From Octopus vulgaris (Eukaryota), in contig OX597827.1 in NCBI GenBank assembly GCA_951406725.2, forward strand, positions 79,050,001-79,114,000: a DNA stretch of 64,000 bases, in the 5' to 3' direction. The notes under the pieces were generated by a model. That model ran no database searches, was not told the origin of the DNA, and saw only the letters and a program-made list of their open reading frames with translations. The position numbers and the translations under genes are program-made. How positions within the stretch are numbered: position 1 is the stretch's first letter; the number at the start of each line of letters is the position of its first letter. Of this stretch, positions 24,243 through 36,934 are shown in pieces.

Positions 24243-25589
24243 GAATGCTTGACAGGTGTTTTTATGTGCCACCAGCAGGGGTGCCAGGTCCGTGACACTG
24301 GCATTGGCCACAATGCCTCTGTGAGGCACAAAGCTCGAAAGGTGCTTTTTACTGGCATCATCCACAACTACCAAAGGTCTCAGTCACTTGTCATCACTCC
24401 TGTGAGGCCCAACGTTCGAAGATCATGCTTCAGCACCTTGTCCCATGTCTTCCTGGCTCTACCTCTTCCACAGGTAGAGATTGGCACTTCTTTACACAGC
24501 TGACCTCATCCATACACACCACATGACCATATGTATTTATGTATGCATGTATGAAATGAAAACACCCATTATTTCTTTATCACCTGAGAGCAGAACAGGC
24601 ACATACTCCATCCCCCTGTTTTCCCAGTTACCTTCCTCCAGCCCCCAAACCACTTCCATATGCCATTATCTATCCCCCCCGCCACCACCCTACTTTTTCC
24701 ACCAATCACCTCCTTTTTGTGCCTTCTCTTTCTTGTGTTACTCTCCATCATTAACACCTTGTTTATCTGCTATCAACCCTCAATGCCCTCATATGTCCAC
24801 TGCAACCCCTGCCTCTGAGCCTCCCATATATTTCTCTCCATCATTTGCTACAGTCACCTTTATCCTGTCCACTCACCCAGTCCAAACCCCTCTACAACCT
24901 CATTTATTCTCACCATCTCCAATGTCCTTTCTCAACACATCTAGTTTGCCCCAGTTTGCCCCAGTTTGCCCCACAAGGTGAGGTTAAACCAGAGGATTTG
25001 ATGGCAGTACACTATCTTGTGGGTGTTGGGGTTTAGTAATGTGTCTTGTAGTCTTTCACCTTTTCGTTACTGTATTTCTGTTGAGATGCTCGGTGTTGCT
25101 TTCAATTATTTTAAATATAACAAAGAATTTAATAAAATAAATTAATAATCATTAAGCTAGTGTTAAGAACATAAATTGTGGCTAAAGTTTGGTGGTTTAA
25201 TTCAGAACTTTTGGAAACAAGACATTTGTACTACAGACCCAGAGCCGGTTTCAACTGGCTGCTCAGGCCTTGTTGTAATTGGGGCTTGCTGTCAAAAGCA
25301 TCTTTATTCAAAGCTAGGTCAAAAATCCTCCTACTGACATTCTCGACAAGGTTCTGTATAAATTGAAATGGGTCAAAAAATTTAAATTCTGAAATAGCTA
25401 AATTGCTAGAAAAAGTAATTGAAGGTGAATCTTTATCAATTGCATTGCAATAATTCTTCCTACTTTAGGCAAAAAGCTGAAATTTTGGGACTTGTTGATT
25501 ACATCGACCTCGACTGGTATTCACTTTATGGATCCTGAAAGAATGAAAGGCGAAGTCAATTTTGGCAGAATTTGAACTCAGAAGGCCTG

Positions 25590-26300
<711 letters not shown>

Positions 26301-27053
26301 GGGATGAATTGCTGCAAAGCATTTTGTCCAGCATGCTAATCATTCTGTCTGCTCACCACCTTCAATTCCATTCCAAGCATGAATTTACATGTGTCCCCAA
26401 CGTTGTGGGTTGCATTGATCTATTGTACCCCTAAATTAATGTTGTTTAACTCTTCATGATATCAACAAGCGTGTCCCTATTTCTAATTATCTTCATTTCG
26501 TTCCAAAATATTTCACCCTGGATCCACCTTGGACTGAATCTGAGGATGGGTGGGCAGGACAAACACATACACAGATGGAGAATGCGATGTTCAACAAGCT
26601 ACCTGTGTGTGTGTATAAACGTTTGTATCGAGATGTTGCTGGTAGCAAAACATATTTTCACCTACAATTTATAGATCCACAAGTGCTGAAGTTAATAACA
26701 CAGGATAAGATCAAGTATTCGATGTAATGGTGGAAATTAAATATTATTATTATTTTTTTTTTATGTCAACATAAGATCTGAAGAGAAAATGAAATTAAGA
26801 TTGTGTAATGGTTGTTAATTCAGAAGGGTTTCAACAAATGTCAGCAAACTGGCTACAATTTTATCAAATGTCAGTATGGGGGGGGGGGGAATACGTATAG
26901 TAGTGTCAACTGTTGAGGAAACAAACACATACACATACACATATGCATACGCGCACACACATACACACAGACACACACATACACACATACACACACACAC
27001 CTATTCATATATATATTATGTATTTATATGTCTATGCATATGTGTGTGTGTGC

Positions 27054-27087
<34 letters not shown>

Positions 27088-27089
<2 letters not shown>

Positions 27090-27680
27090 TCATCATCGTC
27101 ATCATCATCATTGTTTAATGTTCGTTTACCATGCTGACATGGGTTGGATGGTTTGACTGGGGTCTGGGAAGCCAGGAGGCTGCACCAGGCTCCAGTCTGA
27201 TCTGGCAGTGTTTTTACAGCTTGATGCCCTTCCTAATGCCAACCACTCCGAGAATGTAGTGGGTGCTTTTTACGTGCCACTGGAACAGGGACCACAACTA
27301 CAATTCCATTTGATTGTGATTTGATTTCATTTTGATGTTGATGTACTTGACTCAATAGGTCTTCTCAAGCACGGCATGTCACCCTATGGTCCAAGGGTAC
27401 TTTTTGTGTTGACTGGTTATATGACACTTGCTGTAGGTTACAGCTGTGATCTCGCTTTATTTGCTGGGTCTTCTCAGTCACAGCATATCTCCAGAGTCCA
27501 GCATATCTCCTGGACTTATTGTTTGTAAGTATGGTGCTTATTCTATCATGCTTCACCACCTCATCCCATGTCTTCCTGGGTCTACCTTTACCCCGGATTC
27601 CTTCAACTGTTTGGGAGTGGCACTTCTTCACACAAGCACTCCTCTCCATCCATACCAATGCAAACGTCTCTCTTGCATGC
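27088..27680 (-). mobile_element. 5'-truncated RTE-type LINE (ORF C-terminus plus S3 3' UTR)
   Basis: CVKKCHSQTVEGIRGKGRPRKTWDEVVKHD (RTE-like RGRPRKTW motif) contiguous with the S3 block and (GAT)n tail. Confidence 0.85.
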
Positions 27681-27754
27681 CACATCATCATCATCATCAT
27701 CATCGTTTAGCGTCCGTTTTCCATGCTAATCCAATATATATATATATATATATA

Positions 27755-27990
27755 TCTTATACTCTTTACTCTATTTTACTCTATTACTTGTTACAGTAAT
27801 TTGACTGCGGCCATGCTGGAGCACTACTTTTAGTCGAGGAAATTGACCCCAGGACTTATTCTTTGTAAGCCTAGTATTTATTCTATTGGTCTCTTTTTGC
27901 CGAACCACAAAGTTACGGAGATGTAACACACCAGCATCGGTTGTCATGCAATGTTGGCGGGGGGGGGGGGGGACAAACACAGACACAAAG
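27755..27990 (-). mobile_element. SINE family S1 3' half
   Basis: Reverse match to the S1 tail. Confidence 0.85.
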
Positions 27991-29020
27991 CTTGTAAGGA
28001 GTTAGAGACTGAAGATGGAAACGTATCACCAGTATCAAAGCATAAAAGACATTCTAAATGCTCTGAAATCATCAGAACACCTGAATTTATCCAGAAAGTT
28101 TAACAGACCATTGATGACAATCCCAGAAAGTCTATGAGGTCAATTGCAAAAGATTTCCATGTGTCAGAAGGAACAGTCAGAAATGTTGTCCACAAAGACA
28201 TCAGATATAAGTCTTATAAGATGAGGAAAGGTCAATTGGTCAGAAAAAGCAAAAGAAAATCACTATATCAGATCTAAAAGACTCTTAAATAAACTGAAAA
28301 ATCCAGCAGAAAAAGATTTAATTTGGTTTTTCTCAAACAAGAAAAACTTTGACAAAGATCAAAAAGAAATGGCAGATGCTTATGTGCAGATCCTTCTGAA
28401 GTTGCAAGTGTTATGCATACAGAATTTCCAGCAACTGTCATGGTTTTAAGGGTTGTCAGCAATGAAGGACATGTGATGCCTCCTTACTTTTTTCCACAAG
28501 GCCTTAGAGTTAACTCTGCCGCCTACAGTGAGGTCCTGGAAATAATTGTTAAACCCTGGATAGACAGTGTATACAATGGAAAGCTACCTGTGTTTCAGTA
28601 AGACTCTGCACTATCAGACATGGCTCCAGTAACAGAATGGATGGCTGAAAATGTTCATGATCACGTAACCCCTAACATTTGGCTTCCTAATTCCCCAGAT
28701 CTCAATCCATTAGACTATTACATGTGGAGCATTGTTGAGAGGTCAATGAACACACCCATAACACCAAAGATTCCTTGAAAGCTGCCATAGTCAGAGTAAT
28801 GTCCAAAATGAACCAGGACCACTTGATTCAAGCTTGTAGATGATTTAGATCTCATTTGGAAGCAGTTGTAGCTGAAGGTGGCTTTATTGAATAACATTAT
28901 AGAAAAGAAGGTTTATTTTTATCCTCGTAGCAATTTTTGATAAATAAAGTTATTATCTGTTATATATCTTTCTTTTTTTTTATAAACATAAATTTGTCCT
29001 TAAATATCTTACGCACCCTG
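27991..29020 (+). mobile_element. Decayed Tc1/mariner (maT/DD37D-like) transposon, left end missing
   Basis: Translations include DDNPRKSMRSIAKD, FPATVMVLRVVSNEGHVMPPYFFPQGLRVNS and WLPNSPDLNPLDYY; right end GCACCCTG then TA; stops and frameshifts. Confidence 0.88.
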
Positions 29021-29275
29021 TATATATAAATATGAATATTTCCTTACATATTGGACACGAAAAGATTCATGCTAGGAATATCATTGTGGAAACATATTTG
29101 GAATGAGGTGACTTGGAAACAAAGTAGAGTGAATACTGAAAGCACATTATGACAAGTGGTGCACGACAACATCGAATTGTTTGGCTGATATAAAGTGATA
29201 CACACACACACGCGCACACACACACATACACGTATATATGTATATATATATGTATATATTCTATGTATATATATA

Positions 29276-29358
29276 TTCTAGCAAAAACTGTCCGATGAAC
29301 GGCAACGGGAAACTCAGAGTAACAGGTTTTGTTGAATTTTCTAATGCTTTAAATAAAG
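29276..29358 (+). mobile_element. PLE-like remnant family P4 with hammerhead (29288-29325)
   Basis: CTGT-CCGATGA-ACG-GCAA-CGG-GAAA-CTCAGA-GTA-ACAG; embedded in (TA)n; near-identical copy at 47706-47790 (minus). Confidence 0.7.
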
Positions 29359-30042
29359 TATATATATGTATACAGATACACACATACACACCTACATATA
29401 CACACATTTGTATGTGTGTGTGTGTGTGTGTGTATATATATAAAGAAGTGCCAGGTTCTCCAAGCTGACGGAAACTAAGGGAAGAGGAAAAGAACCAAGG
29501 AAGAGAGACGTGTAGAAGTTGTGAAAGCTGATCTCAAGAAGTTTAACTTTGCAAATGAAATGATGAGAATGCAACAAATGGCAAGATGCCATCAAGAGAA
29601 AGACTTGTCTAATCCAAAGCAAGGACGGGGAAGGCAGACATAGAATTGATACGGCTGCTTCTGCTGTTAGTGCTGCTACCATTGGTGGCATTGCTGCTGC
29701 TGCTGCTGCTGCTGCTACTGATGGTGACAACAAGGAACCAACCAAATGACCAAACTATTTGCAGTAAGAACCTCCGGAAACCATCCGGCCACTTGACCAC
29801 TGACCACTGACCAATCAGGTAAACATCTAAGCCGGATCGACTTCTTCACATTCACTTGGAAATGGAAAAGACAGACTGTTGTAGAGACTGTTTTGCTGGG
29901 AGAAGGGTCAGCTCTGAACCTAGACCAGTGGCTTCAGAGTAAGGGCTACAAGTAATCTGGAGAAGGAAGTATGGGAAATGAAAGATGCCGGAGAGACTGT
30001 ACGTGGAGGAGAGAGAGAGAGAGGGAGGGAGCTATAATATAT

Positions 30043-30255
30043 ATTTCTTTACTTCCCACAAGGGGCTAAACACAGAGGGGACAAACAAGGACAGACAAAG
30101 GGATTAAGTCGATTACATCGACCCCAGTGTGAAACTGGTACTCTTATTTATCGACCCCGAAAGGATGAAAGGCAAAGTTGACCTCAGCGGAATTTTAACT
30201 CACAACGTAACAGCAGACGAAATACCGCTAAGCATTTTGCCCAGCATGCTAATGT
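30043..30255 (-). mobile_element. SINE family S2
   Basis: Reverse match to 9388-9620. Confidence 0.88.
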
Positions 30256-30578
30256 AGGGGACATCTTGAAATTTCTGAAAGACCCAGATGTGGATCACAG
30301 GATCTGTGACTGGATCAAGAGTAGCATAGGTAGAATCATTAAAGGTGAAAGAAAGGTCTGGAAAGACCAGAAGGAGGTTTTAAGTAGTCTGATAGTGTGA
30401 CAATATAAATGTGACCACAACAGTCTACTCTTGAGACTGGTTGAGGCCCACTAAAGCCATCATGTTGCAAAACCACAGAAGCAATCTGTTGATGAATGCC
30501 AGTGTAACGGTCACACCCCACTGCTGATGCTTTGATTTTGATCATTTCAGGTTTAGTCCTCTGGATGATTAAGATTTT

Positions 30579-30731
30579 ACATTATTTACATTATTTACAT
30601 TTGATGGATATTTGTCCTCATCTTGTTTGTTGTTAACTCAATGTTTTGGCTGATATACCCTCCAGCCTTGATCAGATATCTTGTGGAAATTTCAAACCTG
30701 GGTTCTCATTCCTAAGGTATTTTTCGATGTA

Positions 30732-30762
<31 letters not shown>

Positions 30763-30898
30763 TCACTGCCTGGAATTGAACTCGGAATCTTAGGGTTAGT
30801 AGCCCGCGCTCTTAATCACTATGCCATATGCCCATGGCGTAGTGGTTAAGAGTGCGGGCTACTAACCCCAAGATTCCGAGTTCGATTCCAGGCAGTGA

Positions 30899-30933
<35 letters not shown>

Positions 30934-31105
30934 TCGAAAAATGCCTTAGGAATGAGAACCCAGGTTTGAAATTTCCCCAAGACACCTGATGAAGGCTGGG
31001 GGGTATATCAGCCGAAATGCTGTGTTAACAATAAACAAAATGAGGACAAATATCCGTCAAATGTAAATAATGTACATAATTCCTCATCTCTTAAATACAG
31101 AACTG
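30579..31105. mobile_element. Head-to-head inverted dimer of hammerhead-bearing tRNA SINE S6 (minus copy 30579-30833, plus copy 30834-31105)
   Basis: The arms are reverse complements with no spacer; GATTAAGATTTT at 30567-30578 and 31106-31117 flanks the whole dimer; hammerhead motif at 30981-31026. Confidence 0.88.
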
Positions 31106-31639
31106 GATTAAGATTTTGTCTAGCTGCTACCCTTTGACCTGTCTGGCTACCCTTTGACCTGTCTGGCTTGATTATACCTGCCAGGTGACTTGCTCCCACT
31201 AGCATAGCTCTCTGGATCACAGGAGCATGCACCATGGAGTGGGTGGCTGTTGACTACTCATGAGTTTCTCCACCCTTTGAGGGGTCTTATTTTCTATCCT
31301 ATGGGGTGTCCAATAATCCCCCTCCTCACCAAGGAAGGGGTCAGCAAAGAACGATATTAAGTGGCAAAAAAAGAAGCTAAGTTTCTGGTTTCCATAACAT
31401 GGAGGAAATTTGAAAGCAAAAGGTTTTTTGCATCAAAAGTATCAGAGATGCAAGATGGGGATTGTAAAGCAGTGAGTAAGGGTGCATCAAGAGTTTGTCG
31501 GAGAAAAGGGATGCTGGCACACTGACCCTCACTGAGGCTGAGAAGAAAGAGCATTTGAAATGTTATAATAGAAGTTAGTTTATCGTGGAGAATGTCTAAG
31601 GTGAACAAGGACTACCCCAATAGAGGAACAAGATATTCT

Positions 31640-31810
31640 TTTCTACTCTAGGCACAAGGACCAAAATTTTTGGGGTGAAGGGGGGGGCAGTCAGTTAGAT
31701 CAACCCCAGTATACAACTGGTACTTAATTTATCGACCCTGAAAGGATAAAAGGTAAAGTTGACCTCGGTGGAAATTGAACTCAGAACGTAAAGACTGACA
31801 AAATACCACT
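31640..31810 (-). mobile_element. SINE family S2, partial
   Basis: Reverse match to the S2 core. Confidence 0.8.
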
Positions 31811-32010
31811 ACAGCTGGATGCCCTTCCTAATGCCAACCACTCCGAGGGTCTAGTGGGTGCTTTTTACATGCCACCAGCATGAGGGCCAACAACCAGGCT
31901 CAAAAGGTGCTTTTTTACGAGCTACCTACGTGGGAGCCAGTCTGGTGGCACTGGCAGCGACCACACCCGAATGTCATTTTTCATGTGCCACTGACACATG
32001 TACTGGTAAA

Positions 32011-34570
32011 GTGGCCCTGGCAACGGTCATGCTTGAATGGTGCTTTTCACGTGTCACCAGCACGGGAGCCAATCTGTGGCCCTGGCAACGATCATGCTTG
32101 AATGGTGCTTTTCACGTGTCACCAGCACGGGAGCCAATCTGTGGCCCTGGCAACGGTCATGCTTGAATGGTGCTTTTCACGTGTCACCAGCACGGGAGCC
32201 AATCTGTGGCCCTGGCAACGGTCATGCTTGAATGGTGCTTTTCACGTGTCACCAGCACGGGAGCCAATCTGTGGCCCTGGCAACGATCATGCTTGAATGG
32301 TGCTTTTCACGTGTCACCAGCACGGGAGCCAATCTGTGGCCCTGGCAACGATCATGCTTGAATGGTGCTTTTCACGTGTCACCAGCACGGGAGCCAATCT
32401 GTGGCCCTGGCAACGGTCATGCTTGAATGGTGCTTTTCACGTGTCACCAGCACGGGAGCCAATCTGTGGCCCTGGCAACGGTCATGCTTGAATGGTGCTT
32501 TTCACGTGTCACCAGCACGGGAAGCCAATCTGTGGCCCTGGCAACGATCATGCTTGAATGGTGCTTTTCACGTGTCACCAGCACGGGAGCCAATCTGTGG
32601 CCCTGGCAACGATCATGCTTGAATGGTGCTTTTCACGTGTCACCAGCACGGGAGCCAATCTGTGGCCCTGGCAACGATCATGCTTGAATGGTGCTTTTCA
32701 CGTGTCACCAGCACGGGAGCCAATCTGTGGCCCTGGCAACGATCATGCTTGAATGGTGCTTTTCACGTGTCACCAGCACGGGAGCCAATCTGTGGCCCTG
32801 GCAACGATCATGCTTGAATGGTGCTTTTCACGTGTCACCAGCACGGGAGCCAATCTGTGGCCCTGGCAACGATCATGCTTGAATGGTGCTTTTCACGTGT
32901 CACCAGCACGGGAGCCAATCTGTGGCCCTGGCAACGATCATGCTTGAATGGTGCTTTTCACGTGTCACCAGCACGGGAGCCAATCTGTGGCCCTGGCAAC
33001 GATCATGCTTGAATGGTGCTTTTCACGTGTCACCAGCACGGGAGCCAATCTGTGGCCCTGGCAACGATCATGCTTGAATGGTGCTTTTCACGTGTCACCA
33101 GCACGGGAGCCAATCTGTGGCCCTGGCAACGATCATGCTTGAATGGTGCTTTTCACGTGTCACCAGCACGGGAGCCAATCTGTGGCCCTGGCAACGGTCA
33201 TGCTTGAATGGTGCTTTTCACGTGTCACCAGCACGGGAGCCAATCTGTGACCCTGGCAACGATCATGCTTGAATGGTGCTTTTCACGTGTCACCAGCACG
33301 GGAGCCAATCTGTGGCCCTGGCAACGATCATGCTTGAATGGTGCTTTTCACGTGTCACCAGCACGGGAGCCAATCTGTGGCCCTGGCAACGATCATGCTT
33401 GAATGGTGCTTTTCACGTGTCACCAGCACGGGAGCCAATCTGTGGCCCTGGCAACGATCATGCTTGAATGGTGCTTTTCACGTGTCACCAGCACGGGAGC
33501 CAATCTGTGGCCCTGGCAACGATCATGCTTGAATGGTGCTTTTCACGTGTCACCAGCACGGGAGCCAATCTGTGGCCCTGGCAACGATCATGCTTGAATG
33601 GTGCTTTTCACGTGTCACCAGCACGGGAGCCAATCTGTGGCCCTGGCAACGATCATGCTTGAATGGTGCTTTTCACGTGTCACCAGCACGGGAGCCAATC
33701 TGTGGCCCTGGCAACGATCATGCTTGAATGGTGCTTTTCACGTGTCACCAGCACGGGAGCCAATCTGTGGCCCTGGCAACGGTCATGCTTGAATGGTGCT
33801 TTTCACGTGTCACCAGCACGGGAGCCAATCTGTGGCCCTGGCAACGGTGATGCTTGAATGGTGCTTTTCACGTGTCACCAGCACGGGAGCCAATCTGTGG
33901 CCCTGGCAACGATCATGCTTGAATGGTGCTTTTCACGTGTCACCAGCACGGGAGCCAATCTGTGGCCCTGGCAACGATCATGCTTGAATGGTGCTTTTCA
34001 CGTGTCACCAGCACGGGAGCCAATCTGTGGCCCTGGCAACGATCATGCTTGAATGGTGCTTTTCACGTGTCACCAGCACGGGAGCCAATCTGTGGCCCTG
34101 GCAACGATCATGCTTGAATGGTGCTTTTCACGTGTCACCAGCACGGGAGCCAATCTGTGGCCCTGGCAACGGTCATGCTTGAATGGTGCTTTTCACGTGT
34201 CACCAGCACGGGAGCCAATCTGTGGCCCTGGCAACGATCATGCTTGAATGGTGCTTTTCACGTGTCACCAGCACGGGAGCCAATCTGTGGCCCTGGCAAC
34301 GATCATGCTTGAATGGTGCTTTTCACGTGTCACCAGCACGGGAGCCAATCTGTGGCCCTGGCAACGATCATGCTTGAATGGTGCTTTTCACGTGTCACCA
34401 GCACGGGAGCCAATCTGTGGCCCTGGCAACGGTCATGCTTGAATGGTGCTTTTCACGTGTCACCAGCACGGGAGCCAATCTGTGGCCCTGGCAACGACCA
34501 TGGTTGAATGGTGCTTTTCACGTGTCACCAGCACGGGAGCCAATCCATGGCCCTGGCAACGGTCATGCTC
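32011..34570. repeat. Homogeneous 65-bp tandem array, about 39 copies, inside an S3/RTE 3' UTR (element about 31812-34630, minus)
   Basis: Unit TGGTGCTTTTCACGTGTCACCAGCACGGGAGCCAATCTGTGGCCCTGGCAACG(A/G)TCATGCTTGAA; ORF-track starts recur every 65 nt from 32037 to 34508. Confidence 0.97.
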
Positions 34571-34756
34571 GGATGTGCTTGTAATGTTCCACTGGCCCAA
34601 GTACCAATCAGGCGGAACTGTCATCGGCCATGTCAGCGGTTTTGTATGTATGTTAGTGCATGTATGTATGTATGTATGTATGTAATGTATGCACACATAC
34701 GTATGTATGCATGTTTGTATACATTTATGTATGTTTGTATGATTGTATTTATGTCC

Positions 34757-34990
34757 TCATCATCATCATCATCATCGTTTACCGTCCGCTTTCCATGCTA
34801 GCATGGGCTGGACGGTTCAACTGGGGTCTGTGAAGCCAGAAGGTTGCACCAGGCCCAGTTTGATCTGGCAATGTTTCTACAGCTGGATGCCCTTCCTAAC
34901 GCCAACCACTCCATGAGCGTAGTGGGTGCTTTTTACGTGCCACCCGCACAGGTGCCAGACGAGTCTGGCAAACGGCCACGAACGGATGGT
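34757..34990 (-). mobile_element. RTE 3' end / S3
   Basis: (CAT)n tail plus S3 block. Confidence 0.85.
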
Positions 34991-35888
34991 GAAATCACTG
35001 ATATCAAATTGCTGCATGCTGGTGAGTGTGATCCTATTGCTTTCTCTCAGAGTAACAACATGCAGCATCGTGTGGACTCTTTCACAACAACAGCATGCTG
35101 TGCGTTGGGTCTAACAATCAGCCTGAAAAGAAAGGCCGTAATGTACCAACCTGCAACAGGCAAAGCCCACTATTAGTCTAACGTTTTAGGGAATGGACAG
35201 AAATTTCAGGTTGGGGATAAATGTGTGTATTTAGGCAATTCTGAGAGTATGAGAAACACTCTTGACGATGAAATCTTCTGAATTGAGAAAACTAGCGATG
35301 CATTCAAGAAATTCAAGTAGGGAAGCTCAATTAGGACAAAACTGACTGTTTACAACGCTTAAGTCGCGTTTTTATTGTTCTATGCCTGTGAGACCCGAGT
35401 TACTCATCAGAAACATAAGAAACAGCTGGAGCGATTTCACCAGCAGTGTTTTCCCTGCATACTGGGTCTCTGATGGCAAATGTAAGTGATCTTCAGATGT
35501 TGGGCCTCGCAACGGGGATGACAGGGAACCGAGATACCTGGCAGGTTGTTGTGTTTGAGAAGACACATTAAGCTAAGTAAAATTGGGATTGTCCTTGCAT
35601 ACAGGCTGTCTCCAGTATCCCTCTCCAGCTGAGGGTGCCTAATCTTACAGGCTCATGGGTGCTGGTACCATGCAAAAAGCACCTGTCCTGGTGCCATGTA
35701 AATGCACCTGTGTCAGTGCTGCATAAATGTACCCAGTACACTCTATAAAAGCAGTTGACCTTAGGAAGGGCATCTAGCAGTAGAGACCATGCAAAAACAG
35801 ACAATTGGAGCCTGGGCAGTTCCTCAGCTCCTGTCAAATTATCCAACCCATGCCAGCATGGAAGACAGATGTTAAATGATGTTAATGA

Positions 35889-35920
<32 letters not shown>

Positions 35921-36610
35921 TTGAAGCCCTTGAATATGGCCAGTCTCTCAGTATAGAGTTTCTGGTACTTCAGCACTGATTACATGGATTGGTTATGTGG
36001 TCAGGATGGAAGATGTTTGGACCCCTATGTAATTTTTGGACAGTGAGTTAACCAGAGTAAAAGACCAGTGCAGGAAATTAAGGTATAAGGACTGCATCAA
36101 GAATACACTGGAGGAGATTAATATCTTAGAAAATGGATGGGAAAACCTCATCATCATCATTTAATGTCTGTTGTCCATTCTGGCTTGGGTTGGATGGTTT
36201 GACTGGGGCTGGCAAGCTGGAAGGCTGCACCAAATTCCAGTCTGATTTGGCATAGTTTTCTATGGCTGGATGCCCTTCCTAATGCCAACCACTCCAAGAG
36301 TGCAATGGGTGCATTTAAGTGCCATTTGTGTATCACCAGTATCTTCCGAAACTGTGATTTTGCTTGGCTTGATGGGTCTTCTTCTCAAGTATGACCTAAT
36401 GCCAAAAGTCTCGGTCATTGATCCATGAAGCCTAATGCTCAGGGAACTTTGCCTCAGTGAGGCCCAACACTCAAGAGGAACACAGCCACTTTGCTTCTGT
36501 GAGGCCCAATGCTCACCTTAGATAATTTATCATGAAGAAAAGTAGTGCATGAGAGGAGGGAATTCAAACAAAATTGTATCAAGTATGAACAATTGAAGAG
36601 AAATGTTTTT
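34991..36610 (+). mobile_element. Old RTE (BovB-like) LINE RT fragment broken by S3 insertions (about 35570-35905 plus; 36148-36515 minus)
   Basis: LLHAGEC (decayed LYADDC), MQHRVDSF, LGLTISLKRKAVMYQPATGKAHY, QLERFHQQC; resumes at about 35920-36148 and 36517-36610. Confidence 0.75.
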
Positions 36611-36934
36611 AAGGATATTGATGTGAATATTCTTGAATATATTGCACAAAACGCAATTTAATGGGCAAATACACTACGCGTAGCATTTTCAATAAACTGC
36701 TGAAGCAGAGATGACAACCTACCATCAATGGTGTTCCATCTACTGCTCAAAAACGAAATACTGGCTACTTTTTTGTATCTGTTTCTTGCTGTCTTACAAA
36801 TAAAGACTTTTGAACCAGACATTAATCTTTGATGGAACAAACATAAACAAGAAACAAATTCTTATTGATTGGCAAAAACGGGGCTCAGCCAACTGTGATT
36901 GTTCACCTAACTTTGGTTGTTCTGTATGCTTGCT

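Noticed and set aside
29049-29185. Minus-strand exon between a CAG acceptor and a GTAAGG donor
   Set aside because: One open frame but no recognisable protein; such sites occur by chance in AT-rich DNA.
30834-30895. Genuine tRNA gene
   Set aside because: A and B boxes are present but there is no complete acceptor stem and it continues into a SINE body; the same applies to the other SINE heads.
32011-34570. CRISPR-like array or tandem 64-aa ORFs
   Set aside because: The units are contiguous and near-identical with no unique spacers and no cas genes; the ORFs arise from the 65-bp period shifting frame.
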